From: Promethearchaeota archaeon | GTDB lineage: Archaea > Asgardarchaeota > Lokiarchaeia > Sigyniarchaeales > Promethearchaeaceae | Direction of reading: 5' to 3' | DNA length: 7,655 nucleotides | Assembly: GCA_016933055.1 (NCBI GenBank) | Contig: JAFGBS010000006.1 | Location: 1 to 7,655, forward strand | Shown: piece by piece, positions 1 to 6,133 of the stretch | Layout of the letters: each line of letters starts with the position of its first letter | Numbering within the stretch: the first letter of the stretch is position 1 | Made by a program: the position numbers and the translations under genes | Notes under the pieces: model-generated | Told to the model about the DNA's origin: nothing | The model's input: the letters and a program-made list of their open reading frames with translations, nothing else | Database searches by the model: none

Positions 1-262
1 ACAGGAACCACAGGGAAGCGGCACCCAGGGAGAACAGTTAATAATCCATCTAAACTACAGACCAAAGAACATGGTCCTAACGAACTACATTGTTATAAAT
101 TGAATTAGTCAAGACTTAATCTGACATTTAGGGATTAAACTATTATTTGCAGCTAAAATATATTAGTCCGAATATTATTAATCCGCAGTCCACCTATATT
201 TTATTAACAGCATGTGTGTTCTTAGGAAGATTCATCTACACAACATCTTTGAATAATCATAA

Positions 263-293
263 TTGAATCCTTCCAAATTATTCCATAACTTTG
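263..293 (+). promoter_or_regulatory. Bacteroidota sigma-A-type promoter (-33 TTG / -7 TAnnTTTG)
   Basis: TTG at 263-265, 20-nt spacer, TAACTTTG at 286-293 (exact TAnnTTTG match), 25 nt upstream of the ATG at 319. Confidence 0.65.
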
Positions 294-318
294 ATTTGGT
301 GTTCAATATCCTTTCGCC

Positions 319-468
319 ATGGAAGACTTACTAGAATTCAAAAAAATCCTCCAGAAGAACATTAAAAAGAATCTTCTACCTCTGATTGAGGAAAAAATCA
401 AACAAGGAATCCGGGAAATCGAAGCGCTGGGTTTGGTGGGCGATCGGTGGGTTGTGTGGGTAAAGTGA
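319..468 (+). CDS. Small ORF, 49 aa (MEDLLEFKKILQKNIKKNLLPLIEEKIKQGIREIEALGLVGDRWVVWVK), not in the supplied track; small protein or truncated gene remnant
   Basis: Open from ATG 319 to TGA 466-468, directly behind a consensus promoter. Charged amphipathic-helix-like N-part. Its last 11 codons recur at 2245-2277 with synonymous changes. Confidence 0.45.
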   Translation: MEDLLEFKKILQKNIKKNLLPLIEEKIKQGIREIEALGLVGDRWVVWVK

Positions 469-478
469 GTGTGTTTAT
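436..478 (+). repeat. G-rich repeat copy 1 (encodes VGDRWVVWVK-stop)
   Basis: gtg ggc gat cgg tgg gtt gtg tgg gta aag tga gtgtgtttat; 26/33 nt identical without gaps to 2245-2277. Confidence 0.7.
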
Positions 479-494
479 AATCAAATACTTTTTT

Positions 495-2132
495 ATGAAT
501 TGCGGGGGAGTAAAAAGAACAATGCTTACTTGTGTTTCATTATTAATTGGAAATCTTGTTTTTGCTCAAAATGTAGTTAATGAACCTTGTGAAATTCATA
601 AACAGATTTGGGTTACACTACTGGATTCTGATAAATCAGACACCTTATTTATTAAAATCCGGACTCACTTTCAAATTCCTCCATATAACGATATATATAT
701 AAATACAGTTAGTTGTAGATCTGACTCTTCTGAAACTTCCTTCAGCTCTAGAAGATTAAGACATCTAGGTCTATTTGTAAAGGATAAAGATAGAATGGAT
801 ATACAATACCATGGGCAAATAGAAAATAACTATGTAGTTTTCTATTTGGAAAAATCATTATCTAAATATTTATCGTTAGAGGATACAATAAGCCTTAATA
901 CCGATTATACCTTCGAAGTGCCTAAACGAATATATATCCCTATAAATTTGAAGGACGACTTTTTGTATTTTCATGAATACTCAAAACAGAAAGACAAATG
1001 CAAAAAAGTCGTATGGAAACTTCTTATCTCTAGCGCTCATCCAGATTTCATTGTTTATCCATTTTATGTAGGATTTAATAGTAACTGGATGTTTTCATCA
1101 ATCCTAAATGAAGATCTTATTCATGATCAACTGGAACATAAGTATCCAATCTACACTTATTCCCTAGAATATACTATTAGTGAACAAAGACAATATATAT
1201 TAGTGCCTACATTCGCCTATATTGAAAAGAATGAGTATGGCAACCTTGACAGTTACGTTAATATCAATGTATTACCTAGTTTTGAAGTCGAATATTCATC
1301 CACAATTCGTCGTTTACAGATGTTAAGAAGGCAATACCAATTAATTTCTGAACAGATTGATAGTATGCATCTTTCAAAATTACCAGAAATCTTTGTGAAA
1401 AAAGATGAGATGCCGATAAGGACGGTCCGAGTTGCTTCTAATGATTTTATAGAAAGACTAGAGGAACTCTATTCTGACAATGAAGCTATCTGGAGTATAT
1501 CTAATCAGGAGCTTAGAATTGCTTTAAGATTAGGTGAAAAACAAAAAGTTGAGATTGTAAAAAATCTTGTATATAAGCATGATAGCTTTATTACATTTGA
1601 AAAAAATCCGTTCAAAGGCGAATTCCGGACAGACAAAATTCCAATTCCTGATATTATTATAAATTCAATTTTTACTGTTCAAATTAAGTTGCCGGAATAT
1701 ATGAGGATTAGTAAGTTGTTAAGTCCTCTTCAATCACAATTATCGGAGAATTCAGGAGCCTCTATTGTGGGTAACAATTTATATTTGAGTTTTGGGTTGA
1801 TTGAAGATTTACCTAGTGAATATAGATTTAGTTTCGAGCATAAAGATTCTGCCTATTTTGAAGTGATGAGATTGATTAATATATTATTGTTTAGCTTTTT
1901 AATACTATCTATATTTATTTCAATCTTGGATTCAAGAGTACTGGATTTTTTCATGAAAAAACGGAGACGTTTTATTTCAATCATTATAGTATTAATAAAC
2001 ATATTTATACTTGCTAAACTTCCTCTAGAAATATTCTACGATGGTTTAGTGTATGTTTGGGTTTTACATTTAGTAATTGGAATCCTTTCTTTTGAGATTT
2101 TCTTTCGATATATTTTTGTTCAAAATGAATAG
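495..2132 (+). CDS. Hypothetical membrane-anchored protein (~545 aa): Sec signal peptide, large extracytoplasmic region, ~3 C-terminal TM helices
   Basis: Track ORF 447-2132. ATG 495 (or 522) is preferred because it gives MNCGGVKRTMLTCVSLLIGNLVFA|Q, a signal peptide with the Bacteroidota-typical Gln at +1, and avoids overlap with ORF 319-468. Hydrophobic C-terminal segments LINILLFSFLILSIFISIL, FISIIIVLINIFILA and LVYVWVLHLVIGILSFEIFF. No family motif recognised. Confidence 0.85.
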   Translation: MNCGGVKRTMLTCVSLLIGNLVFAQNVVNEPCEIHKQIWVTLLDSDKSDTLFIKIRTHFQIPPYNDIYINTVSCRSDSSETSFSSRRLRHLGLFVKDKDRMDIQYHGQIENNYVVFYLEKSLSKYLSLEDTISLNTDYTFEVPKRIYIPINLKDDFLYFHEYSKQKDKCKKVVWKLLISSAHPDFIVYPFYVGFNSNWMFSSILNEDLIHDQLEHKYPIYTYSLEYTISEQRQYILVPTFAYIEKNEYGNLDSYVNINVLPSFEVEYSSTIRRLQMLRRQYQLISEQIDSMHLSKLPEIFVKKDEMPIRTVRVASNDFIERLEELYSDNEAIWSISNQELRIALRLGEKQKVEIVKNLVYKHDSFITFEKNPFKGEFRTDKIPIPDIIINSIFTVQIKLPEYMRISKLLSPLQSQLSENSGASIVGNNLYLSFGLIEDLPSEYRFSFEHKDSAYFEVMRLINILLFSFLILSIFISILDSRVLDFFMKKRRRFISIIIVLINIFILAKLPLEIFYDGLVYVWVLHLVIGILSFEIFFRYIFVQNE

Positions 2133-2244
2133 CGATTAAATTCATTTTAAAAAGCTAGGAATCAATATCCAGTTGGAATTAACCCGAACAATAATTCCCG
2201 ATTAGGGGAGATCGGGGCAGACTCTTGGGTAATGAATGTGGTCG

Positions 2245-2286
2245 GTGGGGGATAAGAGGGTGGTGTGGGTGAATTGACTGTTTTAT
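2245..2286 (+). repeat. G-rich repeat copy 2 (encodes VGDKRVVWVN-stop)
   Basis: gtg ggg gat aag agg gtg gtg tgg gtg aat tga ctgttttat. The frame is open only from ATG 2236 and is blocked by TAA TGA at 2230-2235. Confidence 0.7.
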
Positions 2287-2323
2287 GTTTTGCGAGTATT
2301 CTATATTCTAAAACCAAATAGTA

Positions 2324-2962
2324 ATGACTACATTACTCTCTGATTATCTTAGACTATTCATAAATCTAACAATACCGGGTTTTCTCTACCTAATTGGAAT
2401 AATTATACTTATTCAGGGAAAAACGGGGATTAAAATACTTTCTATATTCAAACAGGGAGATAAATTCTTATTGTATATCGGTATCATTGTTGTCGTTTTT
2501 TCCTTTATTCTAGGATTATCGGTTCATTTAGCAGAACAGGGGTTGCAATTAACAATTAAATCGATTGTTTTCTTTTTTAGCGAAAAGAAAGATCTTCTTG
2601 ATAAACTTGATAAAGGATTAATAGATCCCAAGAAGAGTTATAAATCTAACGTTAATTTATATGGTGTTCTAATCATGTTAAGGCATCTGATACTATCTAT
2701 AATTTTCATAGTTTTCTCACTGTCATTTTATTTAAATAAAAAGCTTGAAAAAACGGGTTTCTATTTTATTATCTATTGCTCGTTGATATTAATACTATTA
2801 CTTGCATACTTCAAGATCAAGTATATGATAGACCTTTTATATATAGGCTTTCATGTTCCTTGGTACTATGTGGCAATTAGTTTTTTAGTATTTTTCGCCA
2901 TTTCGCTCATTACATTTTTCTGTATAAACCGGAAAAAATCAGTTAACACAAGCAATTCTTAA
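2324..2962 (+). CDS. Hypothetical polytopic membrane protein, 212 aa, ~5 TM helices
   Basis: Long ORF in AT-rich DNA with an A-rich leader before the ATG. Hydrophobic segments at approx. aa 11-31, 48-68, 112-137, 145-164 and 180-200, separated by Lys-rich loops. Confidence 0.85.
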   Translation: MTTLLSDYLRLFINLTIPGFLYLIGIIILIQGKTGIKILSIFKQGDKFLLYIGIIVVVFSFILGLSVHLAEQGLQLTIKSIVFFFSEKKDLLDKLDKGLIDPKKSYKSNVNLYGVLIMLRHLILSIIFIVFSLSFYLNKKLEKTGFYFIIYCSLILILLLAYFKIKYMIDLLYIGFHVPWYYVAISFLVFFAISLITFFCINRKKSVNTSNS

Positions 2963-3177
2963 TAACCCATCTAATCGGAGCTATTCTATCCACAATTGAG
3001 AAACGGTGTTAGAATAATCCATATTGATTTTATCTCAATTTATTCCCAAATGTTGACTGAAAAGAAAAGTCAAAGTGTGTGATGAACGAATCCGTGTCCA
3101 CCTCTCCCCCGGCTAGAATAATGACCTGCTTCACACTGAATGCTGTTTTGTACAGCTCTATATCGTATGACTCAACC

Positions 3178-3524
3178 ATGGTTTTCCTCCCTAGTAATAG
3201 GCACGACTCAAATGCATTGAAGCAAATGCCTTTGCATGTCCCGCCAGGTAGTAGAATATAAGCTGATAGTGGCTATACTAAAAACTCCATTGAGCAAATG
3301 TTTAATACTGAGAATATCGAATAACTGGTTCAGAGAAAGCCCAACTTAAAAAAGAACCAAGAACCTTAAGTGGATTATTTGATATCATCACTGCGAAAAA
3401 GAATTGAATCAGCCTTTAGTGAAATCTGTGATTTTTTACCAAAGAAAATCCACGCTGTCACAAAGTTTGGATTCATTTTGAATTGGTGATTCTTATTTGT
3501 GGTAATGCGATTTCGAGAACTTAA
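3178..3524 (+). pseudogene. IS982-family DDE transposase, 3' fragment, inactivated
   Basis: Frame 1 reads MVFLPSNRHDSNALKQMPLHVPPGSRI*ADSGYTKNSIEQMFNTENIE*LVQRKPNLKKNQEP*VDYLISSLRKRIESAFSEICDFLPKKIHAVTKFGFIL, then a frameshift near 3481 to LVILICGNAISRT*. This matches IS982 motifs (FLPGS.HD, YADSxY, RKxIExxFS, IHAVTxxGF). In-frame TAA at 3259, 3322 and 3367. Confidence 0.85.
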
Positions 3525-3531
3525 TTTTGAA

Positions 3532-3544
3532 TGGCAACATGAGT
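3532..3544 (+). repeat. Probable right terminal inverted repeat of the IS982 remnant
   Basis: TGGCAACATGAGT lies 7 nt after the transposase stop. Its reverse complement ACTCATGTTGCCA resembles ACCC-starting IS982 ends as I recall them. No left IR found. Confidence 0.5.
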
Positions 3545-3647
3545 TAATTAGTCAGCATAACATGTTTATAGTCAAGTATTAGAACAGTACCTGTAAAATT
3601 ACGAAGGTTCATTAACATCAAATCTATACAATACTATTTTATATGGA

Positions 3648-4904
3648 CTAGTCAATCCCGTAATATTCCAGTATTTCCTTATCCTCGAATAGTGTATTGT
3701 CAAATAAAGTTGGGTGATCGACATAAGATGACTTTTGCAAGAGCAATTTTTTTCTTCGGTGGTGATATTCATTACGAATACTATGTGCAATTTCCCGATA
3801 TTGGACTAATAAAGATTCGTCAATCCATCGAGAACTAAGCCTAGAATTGAAACTCTGAAAAACCGCCGGATCATTCTCGTGATAATGTTTAATCCCGGTA
3901 ATGTTTAGAAACCGACTTCCTTCTTTCTGCATCGAAATGTCCAATCCTGTTACCAGACAAGTTTTTTTGATGGGGAAAGCTGGATCTATAACTGAAGTAC
4001 TAATATTCCCTCGATCCTTTTCAGGGAAATTGACACGACCGACCAATTCTCCCCATTTTTCCTTAATCTTTTGCATCGTATCACCTTTCACATTCTTGGT
4101 CAGATCCGACTGCAAACTTGATAGAAGTGATACTTCTCTTCTATAACTATTTTTGCTTGGAGGATTAGTAGATAGTTCATTCCAGTAACGTGGATTTTGC
4201 CAAAAGGGATATTTATTTTTTTGGCTTTGTGGTAATTCAACTTCTTTCAGGCTGGGTTCTATAAAGACAATTTGTTCAAATTTCTGAAACAATTTTTTTC
4301 CCAATCGGTCGATCATTTTAGATCCCTTCAGCTGGTCGAGAAATTTGAGATTCATTCGGCGAAGTTCATCAGACCTCAATTTCAGCTCGAAACGTAGCAA
4401 TTGATAAGGCAGGTTGTATTGAATCCCTTTATCGTAGATTTTCACCCAATAATTTTTATAAGAAGCTTGTCGGTAGTCTCCTCCAGCTCCCATCGAAACA
4501 TCCTTGAATGGCTTCCGTGCATGCATGTATGTACCATTAAGAAATATGGTGGTATCAATCGATGGTGTTACATTCACTCCAATTTCCAGGGTGTCGACCT
4601 TGAATTCCCAAAGGTCGACCTTGATCAATTTTGAGAGATCATCTATAGTGGAATAGAAATTATGCAAAGTGAAGTCATTGAAGTTATGTACACCTTTATT
4701 AAAATACTTGTGTATACTGCCTTTTACTTCAAAATATCCCGAATCGCTGAGGCGAATGTCAATATTATTTATCTTCGCATAACTGATAGGCTTAGTGATC
4801 TCACCTGTTTCTGTTTCAATAGATTGGGTAAACTTCAACCGGCTCTTTTTCTTGTAACCTTTAACATCCCGTATCCGGTTACTAATCTTTACGTAGTCAA
4901 TCAT
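3648..4904 (-). CDS. Rolling-circle replication initiator-like protein, Rep_trans / filamentous-phage gpII superfamily (non-HUH), with a C-terminal extension
   Basis: 418 aa. N-terminal MIDYVK (D3), GSIHKYFNKGVHNFNDF, LEIGVN (E107), VKIYDK (Y157, candidate catalytic Tyr) and LLRFELK (E173). This is the acidic-triad plus YxK layout of pT181 Rep/NicK/gpII-type initiators. No HUH motif. C-terminal domain starts at KKTCLVTGLDISMQK. Confidence 0.7.
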   Translation of the reverse strand: MIDYVKISNRIRDVKGYKKKSRLKFTQSIETETGEITKPISYAKINNIDIRLSDSGYFEVKGSIHKYFNKGVHNFNDFTLHNFYSTIDDLSKLIKVDLWEFKVDTLEIGVNVTPSIDTTIFLNGTYMHARKPFKDVSMGAGGDYRQASYKNYWVKIYDKGIQYNLPYQLLRFELKLRSDELRRMNLKFLDQLKGSKMIDRLGKKLFQKFEQIVFIEPSLKEVELPQSQKNKYPFWQNPRYWNELSTNPPSKNSYRREVSLLSSLQSDLTKNVKGDTMQKIKEKWGELVGRVNFPEKDRGNISTSVIDPAFPIKKTCLVTGLDISMQKEGSRFLNITGIKHYHENDPAVFQSFNSRLSSRWIDESLLVQYREIAHSIRNEYHHRRKKLLLQKSSYVDHPTLFDNTLFEDKEILEYYGID

Positions 4905-4945
4905 CGAGTAAGGTGTAAAATTGGAATCAACAGTTCGAGACGCAA

Positions 4946-4960
4946 TTGATTCTGAATCAA
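4946..4960. promoter_or_regulatory. Perfect 15-bp palindrome between xis and rep
   Basis: TTGATTC-T-GAATCAA, 9 nt after the xis stop and 41 nt before the rep ATG. Function unknown. Confidence 0.35.
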
Positions 4961-4969
4961 ATAAATTAA

Positions 4970-5272
4970 CTACGCTTGTCTTCGGTGTTTAATCGTTGAA
5001 ATCTCCTTTAAACTCGCCAGGACTTCTTCCCTATTATATAGAACGCGACATCCAATCCTATATCCTTTCAGAACACCTTGCTTTGTGTACTCATTCAATG
5101 TTGGCATTGAAATTCTCAGAAGTTCTTTGGTTTCTTCTCTGGTGAGATATGTGGTATTTTGCTCCTGGGGAGAATTATGTTGTTTGAACGTCTCTCCTAC
5201 CACCTCTGTGAGGATTTCCCTGAACTCATCTCTGGACAGCCCCTCAATCATTAAAGATTTTTCCATAAGCAT
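4970..5272 (-). CDS. xis: Excisionase-family (MerR-like/HTH_17) DNA-binding protein
   Basis: 100 aa (start may be ATG 5266). YLTREETKELLRISMPTLNEYTKQGVLKGYRIGCRVLYNREEV is a typical winged-HTH excisionase signature. Position within an integrase module. Confidence 0.85.
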   Translation of the reverse strand: MLMEKSLMIEGLSRDEFREILTEVVGETFKQHNSPQEQNTTYLTREETKELLRISMPTLNEYTKQGVLKGYRIGCRVLYNREEVLASLKEISTIKHRRQA

Positions 5273-5292
5273 ATGTTTAATATTTTCATATG

Positions 5293-5337
5293 CAAATGTT
5301 CAACACTTAATTCCGGGGAAAAAGCGGGGAATCCCCG
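5293..5337 (-). promoter_or_regulatory. Probable xis-rep promoter with upstream CGGGGA(A) repeat sites
   Basis: Minus-strand AACATTTG (5300-5293; 1 mismatch to TAnnTTTG). CGGGGAA at 5314-5320 and 5325-5331 (11-bp period). Inverted copy TCCCCG at 5332-5337, forming CGGGGA-A-TCCCCG. Confidence 0.5.
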
Positions 5338-5355
5338 AATTTATTCGATTTAATC

Positions 5356-6123
5356 TTATTTGTTGATTTTCTGCAGTTTGAGTTTTAATCCTCCCATAAT
5401 GCTACCCAGCCAGGTTAGATTATCCTCATTATGCACAGGATTGTTTTTTGGGTCCGATCCTGTTTGGAGAGCTGATATTGTCTTTCTTATGGTTTCGCTT
5501 TTTGAATCAATTACCACAGCCAGAATGTTCGCGATCCGGCTAAAGTTATTATCAAGCTGATATCTTTCATTCAGATGATCAATTATACCCAGTTCGTAAA
5601 CGAGCATAAGTTTCTGGGCTATTGAATTGGGAATAGTTTGTAATGAACCTGTTGAACCTTCATACTCGCGTGCATACTCCTTCCAATAGCCATGCAGTTT
5701 CCGACTGTAAATCTTCAATTTCTCTATAATATTCAGGTAGGCATTATATTTGGATCTATCTATTTCACTGTCTAATTTCCTTATGGCTTCAAATTCATTA
5801 TGAAGGAACATTTCTAAATCTTCTTTCTCTGAATTCTCTAACTCGGTAAGTAACTTTAAAAAGTAATTGCGTATTTCATTTACGTTTAAATCCTCCGTCT
5901 TATTTTCGATTTCTTCAACAATTCCACGGAATACACGCGTCGTCTTTCTCTTCACTATCTCATCATCTATCATCTGCAGTTGCTGCATGGTATCAGGATC
6001 CTGTAGAGCCTCAATACTAAATGAGTTGAACATAGTTTCGTGGATTTCACGGAGCATTAACTCCATTGATTCATCTGATTCATCCATTGCTTCATTTCCC
6101 AAATTATCAAGGTATTCTTTCAT
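5356..6123 (-). CDS. Hypothetical protein, 255 aa; acidic helical N-part, possible C-terminal HTH-like DNA-binding domain
   Basis: Starts 10 nt after the integrase stop (same operon). C-terminal QKLMLVYELGIIDHL...FSRIANILAVVIDSKSETIRKTIS...KNNP has helix-turn-helix-like character. Function not established. Confidence 0.85.
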   Translation of the reverse strand: MKEYLDNLGNEAMDESDESMELMLREIHETMFNSFSIEALQDPDTMQQLQMIDDEIVKRKTTRVFRGIVEEIENKTEDLNVNEIRNYFLKLLTELENSEKEDLEMFLHNEFEAIRKLDSEIDRSKYNAYLNIIEKLKIYSRKLHGYWKEYAREYEGSTGSLQTIPNSIAQKLMLVYELGIIDHLNERYQLDNNFSRIANILAVVIDSKSETIRKTISALQTGSDPKNNPVHNEDNLTWLGSIMGGLKLKLQKINK

Positions 6124-6133
6124 AATTATTGTA

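Noticed and set aside
1-110. Possible 3' end of an upstream gene (frames open to TGA ~103 or TAG ~108)
   Set aside because: Too short, no recognisable motif, and the frame cannot be chosen.
447-494. N-terminal extension of the 561-aa track ORF
   Set aside because: Non-ATG start overlapping ORF 319-468 and the repeat; the signal peptide fits a start at 495 or 522.
2248-2254. GGGGATA matching the arm-repeat start
   Set aside because: Only 7 nt, single copy, and explained by Gly-Asp codons of the peptide repeat; no att core nearby.
436-2286. CRISPR array or classical integron attC sites for the repeat pair
   Set aside because: Two copies 1.8 kb apart, no regular spacers, no RYYYAAC/GTTRRRY ends or long imperfect palindrome, and no cas or intI gene.
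2994-3073. Short inverted repeats AATTGAGA/TCTCAATT (2994-3040) and TTGACT/AGTCAA (3053-3073)
   Set aside because: Short, AT-rich, no U-tail; expected by chance at this composition.
3069-3140. Frame reading VKVCDERIRVHLSPG*NNDLLHTE, faintly like an IS5-family DDE segment
   Set aside because: About 20 residues with weak similarity and no IS ends; it needs a tBLASTn to be taken seriously.
3079-3261. 60-aa track ORF as an independent gene
   Set aside because: A chimera of unassigned sequence and the IS982 pseudogene frame, ended by a nonsense mutation.
3599-4949. Track ORFs 3599-3790(-), 3901-4146(+), 4401-4634(+) and 4662-4949(+)
   Set aside because: Alternate-frame or antisense shadows of rep; no motifs or promoters.
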